DNA of 64,000 nucleotides, taken from positions 996,671 through 1,060,670 of the forward strand of contig NW_019091357.1 of assembly GCF_001949145.1 (NCBI RefSeq). Reading direction: 5' to 3'. The stretch is from Acanthaster planci (Eukaryota). The notes beneath the pieces were generated by a model. The model was not told the DNA's origin. It saw nothing but the letters and a program-made list of their open reading frames with translations, and did no database searches. Shown here one piece after another: positions 14,701 through 26,995 of the stretch; the stretch's first letter is position 1; each line of letters begins with the position of its first letter. The translations under genes and the position numbers were made by a program.

Positions 14701-16384
14701 AACACTGTTACTTTGACTTTGCCTTATACCTCAACGTCAAATGATAACATTACGTTGAGATATAGATTTAACATTGAAACTGTGTTGAATAACACTGGCA
14801 CGTTGAAACAAGCGAAGCATTTTAAAAGTATGTCTTTGGGCGGTTATCAAATCGACATATGCATTTCGAAGGTTTTTATCACATGTCCCACAGATCTTAC
14901 CAACTGTTGTGTTACAGAGCGCAAGACTTGTGCACAACGTACATGCGGAATGTTGTACACGAAAGCCCCCAGTATTTTATGAAATGATAAATTGGAAACT
15001 GGGCGTGGAATAAGTGCTTTTGACGTTTGGAATGTGGCGTTATTAACCCAACCCTTCTTGAGGAGATACTCGAGCAAAATCAATCGCATCACGGCCGTCT
15101 TGTGCTTGTGATGAAATTGTAAGTTCCTTTTGGGAAATGTATTATCTCATGACTGTTTCAAAGTCGTTTTGTGTTTCTATACTGTCACGCATGTGAGCTA
15201 GGACTGCGATGGCCTAGGTGAATAATTGTTGAAACAATATTTCTGGGCAAGTGATTTCTTGCTTGAAAATCTGTGGCAGAATTATTCACAAGATTTAAAT
15301 TTAGCGCGCGTCCATTGTTATTAACTTTTCACTACTGTGAAACTGTCGTTGTAATAAGACAAAAGTGATGACTTCAAAGAAAACCATATAGACTTGGAAG
15401 TTGGTTCAGAGTATTTTCGAATGCTACAATTTCAAATCAAAAAATTTAAATTAACTACCCAAGGGAGTATTCTAAGCCGATGTTAGAATAATCTTTGTTA
15501 TCTTCGCTTAAAGACTTTCTTATTAATGTGTCAATCGGTGAACCTTACCTGATGCGGCTTGATTTTTGTCCGTCTCGTGTTCTCCACGTTAATGGACTGG
15601 TACATTGGTGTCCATAGAAACATCCATGATTATGAGCACAGCAATCAACTTACAATCAAAGCAAAATCCAAAAACCGTGTCTTATTGAGACATTCTTTCC
15701 AGCTGATATCAAAATTTCAAAATTGGATTCGTTTTCCATGCACGAGTCTCTTTTTATAGGAAAGTGACATATGGGTGTCACCCGTATGTTGTGAATCCCC
15801 CCGAGAAGCCTTTTGTCGTCCAAGAATCATGCAAGTCAGTCGTCATCACCATTTTTCCATTAACGCACCACCACTTATTGTGTTCACGAAACTCTCAATT
15901 GGGCCCTGTCGGGAAAGGCAGCCATGACTAGCATTTCGCATTTACACAACAAACACCGGTTGTCTAGGCTCGTACCCTCAGGACAAAGTATGGCAAAAAC
16001 CCTCGAAGTATTAAATTCAGCCATTAGCGACGTCTGGGCATTATAAGTGTCTGACATAAAGTATAAAAGGGAAAAGCCTTAGCCTTGCGTCTTGAGTATT
16101 GCTTTTGTGTCTGCCTGTACTGTACGTAAAGTCATCACAGAAAATATAGGTCGAGAAATTCAATAGGGTGCCGCGTTCAAATCCAAGAATCGGGTTAACT
16201 CACAATCACTTTATCTCCCTGCCGACCTCATCCCCCGAAAGAACGAAAGGCCACTTTCCGAAAAGTTTTTCTCAGATAATGCAGGTCAACATGTGAGCTT
16301 TTGGCTCCGTGTGGGGCCGACCAAGGCAGCTGTTCCGAGGGGAACGGAGGCCCTTCCTCACGCAATAAAGTATGTATTTGCCTG

Positions 16385-16530
16385 CAACTGGGGACCCCCT
16401 ATTGTTCCTCTTTTGTTTGTACTTTACTTTTTTACAGGACCACTCATATGTTTTGTACACAGTTGTCAATCGGGGACCCTCTGTCAATCGGGGACCTTAT
16501 TGTCCTCAATTGTTCAAGGTCCCCAATTGA
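16385..16530. repeat. Cluster of direct and inverted caaYYggggacc repeats
   Basis: caactggggacc (16385), tgtcaatcggggacc twice (16464 and 16482), and an inverted copy aaggtccccaattga (16516-16530). Confidence 0.75.
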
Positions 16531-19099
16531 ATGCAGAAACAAACTCACCCACATTTGAAGCGCTAACTTTGATTCACTCTGGAGAGCCACAGGCGGGCTT
16601 GTCTGCAGTACCGACCCACATTTTCATAAGCTTCAGCTTTGTTTCAAATGGAAGAATTGAGTAGCATTGAAAGACAGAGGCTGAAACAGCCCGACAGTCG
16701 ACTGAAGCTAATGTTGAGTCGATGTTGCACAAAAGCGTCTGTATTGGCTCGGGAAAAACACGCTCTTTATAAAAAAAAATCCGTTCAGTGTTGCTTCAAG
16801 ACAAATACACGTACTACAGGTATCATGGACAGGTTCATGTCTATTACAATGAGATGTAGAAAAAGATCAGCTATCAAATAAAGTCTTCCAAATTAATCTT
16901 TTTGCCCGTTTTCCCCTCAGAGCATAAAAGTTACATCTGTTGTAGCTTTTGACAGCAGGCGCTGTTTGGCGCGGGCCTTATAACACAGATAGTGATAAAC
17001 CATATTTGTCAACAATTGATAACGTTTTCAAACCTCTACGGGGGCAGGCACCTCTTCCGTTCAACGATTTGAACTGTTATTGAAGTATCCATTGGTTAGT
17101 CTCTATCGTATAACAGAGTCCACTCAGTTTGTTGCTTTAAACAATAACCAGGTATCCCTATCCTTGTGTTTAATTCGAATCGTTAGTTATTACATATCCT
17201 TGAATATACCTTCAGATTATAGATTTAGGCAGAATGATTACAAATTCGAAAATCGTAAAGTGCAAAAAAACCCAGAGCACATAAATGAATTAAATTGCAC
17301 TTCTTGCATCGTGAAAGCTCAACTCTTAAAACGTTTTCTTTTCAAATAGAGAATTGCCACCTGCGACACGCCTTGCTTAATGCCACTGCCCAGAATGAAT
17401 CGAGATTTGACTTCCAAGATTCCACACGGCTTGCGAAACAGTCTGAACAGATCTGCTCCTGTGAAAGGTAGGGCGGTGGATGTTCTGACGTTTGTTTTGC
17501 AGGGTACAAGATGTCACATTGACGAGCCGGAATACGCAAATAAGCCGTCCTGAGGTTCCCCGCGGGCTGGTGACTTAGGGTCACAACACTCCAGTGGAAA
17601 GCTCTCTTAAATAGGTCCGATTGGAGCGGCAGTGATTATTCCGAGTTCCAGGAGCTGATAGACAACCGACTGGATTGTTTTGAGGATGATTCCTAGGGTT
17701 ATACATACGTTGAATTAAGGATGTAATTGATGTAACTAGCAACAGTCGATGGGGTAATTGGCTTACAAACTTCAGACGAAGGAAAGAATCAGATCAACTG
17801 CTGTTTCAACAAAACTGCCTTTTCAAAATTTGATTGTAATAAGTGGGTCAAGATAATTGATTAACTAAAGCCATAATTTCTGTAGAAATCCTACTCATGT
17901 TTATAATAAGTGCACAATCTTGTGGTCTGTACCCATGCCTACATGGGCGCCCACAAACAACGCGTTGGCATACTAGTACCTGACCAAGATACCAAATTAG
18001 GTCGAATTGTCTTGATTGCAGCCGAACTATCCACTTGCAGTTCTCGTGCATTTTCAATGGGGTCGACGCCCAACAAGTGACCCGTGGGAGCTAACAAGAA
18101 ATCGAGGCGTGCCCGTAGCACCTTTCAGGCTCTGTCAGAGCATGACTGTGACTGCGTCATCATGCACGTGTAATTCAAGACACGGTTATGAGATTCGGAA
18201 ATCCATGTTTCAGGAGACGGGCTTGATTTGAATACCCTATGAATAATTGACCTAAAAATGCACGAAACGGGGATTTATGGTTTGATAAATATTTAAAGAG
18301 GAGTAGCAAACAGCTGCTTACCGTAAGCATCAAAATGAGCCGTACGATTTGGGCAAATAAGATGCAAATGATTAAATGGAGATATGTCCCAATTTTACTT
18401 CCCAAAATGGGGAGGGTGAGTCGGGTTTAATTACACTTTGAGCAGTAATTTTGTAGCAAATGCAGGTTAAAACTTTTCAGTAATTGAGCAAAAACAATTA
18501 AATAAAATTAAATTTCGGAACTGGTACGAGGCAAGTACAGTGCTCGAAAAAGATTTTCTACACAAATCATGAAAGTGGTCTGATTAGCAGGAATTAAAGA
18601 AAATGTACCCACATGTAACTGGACACTTTGATCAAACTGACCACGACGGGGACCCCAATGCCGTCAGCAAGACAGACCTCATCATCGTGCCAATGTTATC
18701 CTCAAGTGCCCCAGCACACACCGCCTAAATACAGCGGACACATGTCTTTGAGGACGAAAGTAGGGCTGCCGTAGGGCTGATGGGACCGCTTTGACCAATG
18801 CGGGGGACCCTCAGTGCGACACCTAATCCTCACTGACGGAGATTGCTACCTCCCAATGATGGGTCCTTTCAGCTGGTATCAGGATCATTTTTCAGCTTCC
18901 CCCTGTATCATTTTGTTGAAACCTGTTTGTATAGCAGATTATATCTGGGCTAGTTCTTTGTGCGGCGCAGTATGAGTGATGAGGGAAAGGATATTGAATT
19001 TAAGGGGAAGGTGTTGTGGTAATAGTGGTTAAGGATTTTGATTTAGCTCTCATGTTCTATTATTAGTCTAGAAATTAGCTTCACCTTGTGGGCATAATG

Positions 19100-19900
19100 G
19101 CAAGATGCATCTGAGGCATCGCTTTAGTATTATCCAGTCAGAGTCGAAGAATTGTCTTGAACTATTTTCTCGTTTTCTGTGAGCTGTTCTTTTAAGAAGA
19201 TTCTGTCCTCCAGCTGAAGGTAAACGGATTCTGCAATTCCCATTTCATACTCTGGAGTTCCTTGAACTGTGACACATTTGATCAGACAGTAATGCCCTTT
19301 CATTTTTAAATATTAGCTGACTTCCACAAACTCATTCAAGACATATCTTATCCCGATCTGATAACAAAACAGTAGAAGCCTTCAATGACCTGGCTTTCCG
19401 AATGTTTTTGTAGTCAATCAGGGATTCAAAGAAAGAAAGAGAGGTCAATACAATGCTCTTAATATCCGGATAACCTTGAGTGATGCATGATTTCATCAGG
19501 TTGTTTTTGATACACAATTTTAATTTCATGTATATCGTTGAATTGTACCTCAAGGGTAGTCATAGTAACCATTACTTGTTCAGATATTGTGCCATTCGTC
19601 CAGGATGCTTGATCAGCTCAGCTCTATTCATTACTCAGTGCTATGGATTTACCAACTCGTCCCTGTTGAGGCGAGCATTGCGTTACCATAAGCTTCGCCG
19701 TCGCCGTGGTATGGGGCTATCTGCTTTGACATAAACCTGCTATTAAAGGCGTACGGGTGGTCTGGTGGTCTTACAATACTACCAGTCTCTACTTGTTTCT
19801 AGCTATGGTGTAATAGGAACTAGACTACTATTGATGGAGTCCTCTGATTGGAACTTTTTTTGTTGGTGGATTGTCGTGGAACAGTCGCTATATCTCAACT
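19100..19900 (-). mobile_element. Possible highly decayed LINE endonuclease remnant
   Basis: Near 19800-19765 the minus strand reads aga ctg gta gta ttg ta- aga cca cca, giving RLVVL(Y)RPP if one base was deleted, an APE-endonuclease motif. An LSDQ (SDH-like) motif lies ~500 bp further along the minus strand. Many stops; weak evidence. Confidence 0.25.
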
Positions 19901-20924
19901 GGGGAGTACGTTCTAGTTATTTACCCATTAACCTGATTCGTCAAGGAATAAATTCATTTGAAATAAAGGTAAATGTAACTTACCGCTTCGAAAGCCTTGC
20001 GTGAATCTATCCGTCCAAAGATGAATATGTAAAGCTGTTTTGCAATCAGAACCTGATTTCATAGGTTGTTTTTTAAACAATGCTGGCCCTGCATGGAAAA
20101 TAGTTTATGTGAAACTGATGACAGTCCAACGATATCGCGATAGAAGCCACGCGACAATAGATGCTAAGATATGTAGTGCCCTATTGCTGCATTTAACCAC
20201 CAGAATAACCTTGTGTTCATCAGCAAAGCCATTGGAGCGACGTACAATTTCATCCATAAGATTCTACAGTCAAGGGCAAAGTAGCGATACACCCAAAACC
20301 TTGTTGACCAAAGCTTCGTGTTTTTTCCTCTCTGACGATTGTTTTCCCTGTATGCGCACAAATAAGTCACATCTGACGGAATCTTTGTTTGGACAGCAAT
20401 TTCATCAAGCATGCAAAGGCTCTGTCTCTTCAAGTTTTTTTCTGAGCTTTTGTGGCGAAGTAACGAGTCCCTCAAATCTCATATCCGAGGTATTGTGTTT
20501 GCATATCACTGGTGTGGTGACCGGAGACTACGGGCCAACACTTCGAGTGTTTTCCCCGGTCAAACATGATCTACGTGTCCATGCCCACCAGAGGAAATGT
20601 TAGTCATCTTCTCCTCATTCGAAGAGTTATCTTACCAAATCAGTTAAACGCTCACGTTTGTAACAAATATCAACATGCTCTTCTTGATTCCAGTGCAAAC
20701 AAACGGGTCATGGTCTGTCTTGAGACAAAATGCGCAATTGCCAGAGATCAACGTAAGGAATATATTGTTTGTGAACAAAATGTGCGTCATCAATGTAGCA
20801 CAATAAAATATTTTGATGTGATGGTCCCCGCCAAAAATACGACGGAATAACTTGGGGAATAGTGCCATCCGTAGTGATCATTTCTGATCTGAAAATGCTT
20901 TCCTAATCTTGCAACTGAATTCGA

Positions 20925-21200
20925 GTACCCAATCCAACTGCCCACTGCTACTTAAAAGCAAGGCCTGTGCAGCAAAATAGCCATGCTCTAACTTTAATGC
21001 TAATATATTATCGTATGATGCAATACAGTAGGCAAACCTATAAGTGAGGCTTGTTCGAGCCTTCTGCGTGCAAACGCTGACTAGCCTCACTACGTTTGAA
21101 TACTGTATTGCATTATACGGAAATATAATAGCATCACAGTTCTTGCAGGCTATTTTGCTGCACAGGCCTCAGTAGCGGTGGTTAGTCGGATGGGGTGTAC
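20925..21200. mobile_element. ~275-bp imperfect palindrome (foldback/MITE-like element)
   Basis: Perfect 22-bp inverted repeat aggcctgtgcagcaaaatagcc (20961-20982 and 21148-21169), with further matching blocks inwards (atgcaatacagta, agtgaggct) and outwards (cactgctact / agtagcggtg). Confidence 0.8.
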
Positions 21201-24200
21201 CAAGGGTCCATCTTGGGCTTTTCCTTGTGTTGAAGTATGTTCAAGGTTCACTAAATGCCTTGCACTCAAATCAGTGCTCAGACGTTGCTTAATTCTGTCA
21301 CAATTTGGAAGTCAGTGAATTTGTAGTTTGCGAAACACTCTTGTCATGTTTCATGCATTATAAACCGTGGTACCTGGTATTCAATCCGTGTGTGTAGTAT
21401 AGGACTATACCTTATGCTAAATGAAGACTCGTACTGCACCAAAGCTAAAAATGAAATGATTACAATAACTGGTTGGCAAAAATGCGAATAAGCATGAATT
21501 CCAAGAAAGAAGAATTATTTGGGGTTTCTTTGTAAGGCAGGTTTTTTTTAAGTTACTGATAGTTCTTAACACGTCCCGGCTTAGTAATGTGCAGAAAGCA
21601 CATCTTTCGCTTACACCTTCTACCAAGCCCGAGATAAGCAAGGTAGGCCTACAAATAATTTCTAAATCTGAATGTGTCTTTGTGCTCGTGCATGAGCCAT
21701 CACGTCGAATCAGGCAGTCTGACTGTAGGGATATGTACTGTGCAGACCTTTTACATGGACTTTAAAAATGTCTCGCTTACTGTTCTGATTACCCTCCCCC
21801 CGTCCATTTGGGTGATCATTAATTTAGTTTCTTCCGTCCAGACTCTATAGCCCTGTGATATCGGGACTAGACCCCTAACCCTCCAAGGACTCTATACCTG
21901 TTCATTTCACGGTCTTGCATGGACAGCGATGCTCTTGCCCCGGGGGGACGACGCGCTCATTTTCCGTTGAATTTTGATGGATCTCGTCCCAAGCAGCCCC
22001 AGTGAGGTGATAATTTGATTACAGTCGGCAAATGAGCAGCATCAGTGTCGGTCAGAATACACGACTTTTTGCCTATACCAAATTGGTAGCATTGCGATCG
22101 CCACTCGCAGTGCGTTTGCACTTTATGAAAGCAACTTGACTAACAGACCTAACCTACCAGGGTGGTAGATTTATACATCTTCAAGCCATAAAATACTTTG
22201 ACGAAGCAATTAAACACGCATTGCTCGTCTTGCTCGGGTCAACGGTTTCTGCAATGGTTTCTTCCGCCATATCGAACGTGTCAGTCCCTGCATAACTCAA
22301 CATGTTGCTTTGCCCCGCGTTACATCAACCAGCAACGTGTGTCAGAGCGTGTTACCGCTGATGTCCTCGTTCAGGGACGCCTTCAATATTGGCTCGTTGA
22401 CTGACCCCGCAAAGTGCCAATTTTCTCGGGTAAGACCGAGCTAGGGAAACGTCCCTTGCTACATTGGCTCGGGACTGCACCGTGACTATCAACACGTCCA
22501 TCGTTATTGACTTGAAGACTTCCCAGACTGTGAACTGTGGAATAGATGGCAAGTCACTTTGCCGCTGCTCCTTCCTTTTTATTACCATAGCTAAATTTTA
22601 GAGAAGTGGTACTTTTTGATCCTGCCCGAGTATACATGTATATCAAGTGATTCTTTAATTAGGTTATATATCCCAGCCGTTGCTGGTGTAGGACTATCAT
22701 GTCACTCTTGCGTTTACAGAGTAGCATATACTTCATGCAGACTTTTTAACACTGAGTAAAAGTCAACAACAATGTTGTGTCACTTGAAATATTTGTTGCT
22801 TTTAACGTGTGGGCTTACCCTGTGCGATATTAGGAGAGTTTGAGACGCATGTTTGTCTTCATTGTCGGCTACATGTACACATAACGTCACAGGCGACCTG
22901 GCCTGTAAACTCTCGTGGCTTTTACGACAAACGTGATCGATCCGTCGCAATAATTTTAAGGGAAGAGAGATAGAACGACCAATGGGATTCCTACGTTTGA
23001 TCATGATTAACAGCTTGTGTTTATAATTATTTTCATCGTTGAGGTGCCACGGAGAGAATCACTTTGGAATTTCCAAACAAATCCGAACATCAAGTCACTT
23101 CACCTCTACGCACCTCTTCACATTCAGGAGTTAATAGGTATTTGCGAGAGCAGACAAGGTTATTTTGGTCAAACACAAGCATTCTAAAATGGGAGCATCA
23201 GGTGGTATATACTGCCAGGGAGGTGAGATAGTCTCAGGAATGTTCAGATGTTGTGAGCCTAGTTTGTAGGAAAAATGATTATATCTGTGCCTTTTAAATG
23301 ATAAGAGTCTGCTAGACAGTGAGCACCTTAGAAAAACGTTATTATTACTGTTATTATCAAACCAAACCACGTCTGTTTTAGATCACTCTGTCTTCCTCAC
23401 TCCTGTAATGTCTGATTCCATAAATGATCCATAATTAATAGGAGACCACGAGATGAAGGTAATTTTTTTCTTCTCCACAGAAAGTCAAGATTTACAGCTT
23501 TAACGAATACGCTGCCTGTGTCGAAGGACTGTGTTAATTCACATTTGTGAAAGTGCCCGTTTCAAACACACTAACATGATGTACAACGTCCATTACCAGG
23601 CCAGCTGCTCACCAAAAAAAATGACTCAATGTAAAAACACTTTAGATATGTATATGAAGTGGCTTACATGGATCGTGGTCGGATGTTTCGTCATTATGTT
23701 GTCTGGGTCCATCGAGCAGTCGAGCACCCACACGCTTTTGTTTGTGTCAACTGTGCACATAACTTCCACGTCATACGATCAATGATTGTGTACGAATGAT
23801 TTAGAGTCAGTAGGTCTATCAACGTAGGCCTAATACTTGTGCACCAGGCTTTTTATGACCTTCTGAAATGTCCATCCGTCAAGGTTTAAATGTCATCGTA
23901 AAGTGCGGCACCTTTTCCACTTTCACACTTGCATTTTGAGGCAGTAGTTATCCCTTCCTCTCTGTTAATACTTACTTTCAACCACAAGACTAATCAAAAG
24001 ACACGTCGTATAGATGAGGCTGTGATGTCCTAATCAATGGCTACGGCTTAGTAATACTCATGTCTGTGGGAAGTGCAGCCGTTAACCAGCGGCCACTGTG
24101 CGCGCGTGCGTACTAGTCCCGTGTCAAGCCACACCCAAGATATTAAATAGAAACGACGTAATCATTAAGTCTCGTAACTTCTGCTGTATACTGCCGATCT

Positions 24201-26389
24201 TCATTTTCAGGCTTTACGTCTTCGTGTCAACTCACTAATTGGGCAGTTCCTTTTAACGTAGGCCTGTGACTTGCTCTCGCAAGGGCAGCGCTGTGCGGTA
24301 AACATATTGTGTTTACAAAATTGAGTAATGAAAAGTTGGCAAGGAGCCAGCGTTCAGCAGCTCATCGAAAGCTACTCACACACCACGGACCCTCTACTCA
24401 AACGTCCTTTGCGCATATTACTTAATAGAACTGGTTCCCGGCAGGGTTTTGCATGGCAAGTAAACTTGTCCAGCAACTAATTATGCAGGCAGAATTATTA
24501 AAACTATATTACATAACTGAGTGTCTGGATCGGAATCATCTGCTTTTTCTGTACTGTTGTGAAGTGAAACTATAATTTTGAAGCGCGCTGCTGGAAGCTT
24601 AGGTCGGTACTGACTGCAGTCCTCAGAAATTTCCTGAACTAAACCCAAAGTACATGTAGGTTAAGACGTAATTAGCAGACCTGTCAATATCAAAGTGGTA
24701 TTGCTCTAAAGTGGTGTCAGTTTCAAAAACCTCGACTTGACGATAGAAAATTTGGATATTTTATTATTACCTTCAATTCCACTGGATTAAGATGTGCATT
24801 GGATGAGGATTTGAAGGGTGTGGAGAATTCTTAGTAACTTTGATCGGTTTGTCTGATTGCCTAGTCACATGATCTCCAAAAAGAAGCCTCTTGGAACCAC
24901 TGGAGACGCCTCGTCCTAAGCTCAGAGTCAAAGCTGGCCGATTATCTGTAGACGAGGGCTCTTTCGCCATCTTGCATCTGTCAGGTCTTGCTGTTTCTTT
25001 GGCACTCGTCATAAAAATCCCCGATAGTTATCAGTGATGACACCTTGGGATTGCCGATGAGTGACAGGTCGTTAATCGTCGGTCTGATCGTTGGGGAAAC
25101 ACGACAGCAGACGATTGCCCGGCTGATTCTAACGCGCTAAAAACGATCGTCGTCGGGACAGACTGATCTAATAAGAAGACATCATTCAACATTGTCAGTG
25201 CTTGATGTTGTATCATGTTGCACTGTGATGGTAACATGTCCTAAAACATGAACATGACATTTATTGCCTGCACAATTTCTTTCTACAGCTCTCAACATTG
25301 CATATTTTCCTGGCAATATTCCTAACTTTTCTGTGCATTGATGGCATTTTGCTCTGAAGAGGCCTACTAGTTATCATAGTAACCATGGTGAAAATGCCTC
25401 CTCGAACACTGATCGCACTTACATGGATTGGGTGTCAGATTCAACTGACGGACTCTTCATACAAGATATTGGGCATCCTTGTCTTTCCATCATGTGCAAT
25501 CGTTTTTTCTCCCCTCGTTCAGGGGTACCGGCATAGCAAATCCTTAGCATTATTCGGAAGTCAAACCAAGCCCCTTGCAAAGGACACGAGCATAACTGGT
25601 CTGGAAAGCAGGTTAACCAGGGGTACACATTTTGAGGCACAGAAAGTATATTTACCTAGTGTTTGTCTAATTTTTGCCCATTTCAAGATTTCAAATTGGA
25701 GTGGGGGAACCTTGGGAACGGACGAGCCTCCGTGTCGCCCGCCAGTTACTCCACTATACCAATAGACGTGATTCATCAATTATATTAGGCTTATTATGTG
25801 AATTGCCTGATGGAATTGGTGATCATTGACCGCAGTCAGCGATACCATCATTATAGTCAATGATTCCAGTCACAATTTCGTATCTGTCAGATAGCAATGG
25901 CGCGTAAAGTTGCATATTGACTGGATATATTAACATGTACATTATGTCACGATGAACTATTGGCATAAGCTAAACAAAAGAGTTCTTTTTATAGGTGTGG
26001 TATTTACGTCCACATTGTCCAAATTGTCCAACACAGCATCACGGAAAAGGGCAAAGGAGTCATTTCAACTAGATTTAAATATCTAGACGGTTTGGGAGGT
26101 ATATATTTTGTTGTTTTGGTTTCTGTATATTTCTTTTCAGTCACCATTTCTCCGGCGGCCTTATATTGAGTGAATTCCTCTAATTTAATTATATGCTATT
26201 TAATGTATCACACCACTGTGTGCACTCTATGACTTTGCTTTGATCTAGATGATAAATTGTCTTCCCTAGACTTCTTTTAAAATGGCTGGGTATTACTTTT
26301 CCAATTAATTTATTTTGGCACATCAATTACAATTTATCTTCGATTCACAGCGCCGAGGATGGCAGCTCGCTGTTGAAATTAATAATATT

Positions 26390-26995
26390 ACTCTCGCCGT
26401 GTTTATTTGTCTTGGGGCGGGCGTCGCGCGGAACTGCGTTTCAGCACGAAGTCACAGCTGTGTCTTTTTCCAGGGACGGAGTTGGATAGCACTTGAGCAG
26501 GAAAAAAAATCGGATCCATCCACTAAAATTCCCAGTTCAAATTCTACCGGTTTCACTTGAAGGTCTAAATATTTGTGGAATCGATTCCGGGCATCGATGA
26601 CGAGATACTCTCGGGGACTTATCCCGACTTGGGAAATCGCTTGTTTTGGCTCAACTTCAGTATCGACTCACCCGCGTGGAAATGGACGAGTTGGTTCAAG
26701 ACGAAAAACGTGCCGAGCGACTCAACGAGTGGCATTTCGATAGCGCAGCTGTGTCGTGAAGAGTTTGGCTAGGATAGGTGGAGCCGACCAAGTACTGTAG
26801 ATGGGATTGTCGCTTCCTTGGAAACCTGCCTACGAAGACGCAATCTAAGACGCCAATTGGTAGCTTCACTATTTACGTAATGCACACCACGCGCACAAAG
26901 CTTGCGTTGTAGCTGTTGTCGCGTCGGTTGCTTCAACAGTGTGGCAACTTGTGTCATCGGGAGCACAGGGAACTTTTATTTTCTTCGCTGTGAAG
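26390..26995 (+). promoter_or_regulatory. CpG-rich candidate promoter / non-coding first exon ending in a strong splice donor
   Basis: Local CpG density is well above the AT-rich flank (ggggcgggcgtcgcgcgg, GC-box-like). The segment ends at AAG|GTAAGA (GT at 26996). No convincing coding frame. Confidence 0.4.

Noticed and set aside
25030..25090. Box C (GTGATGA) and box D (CTGA) with a short terminal stem
   Set aside because: Only ~55 nt, no recognisable rRNA/snRNA guide, and both motifs are common by chance.
26440..26460. RE1/NRSE-like ttcagcacgaagtcacagc
   Set aside because: The right half-site and spacing deviate from TTCAGCACCnnGGACAG.
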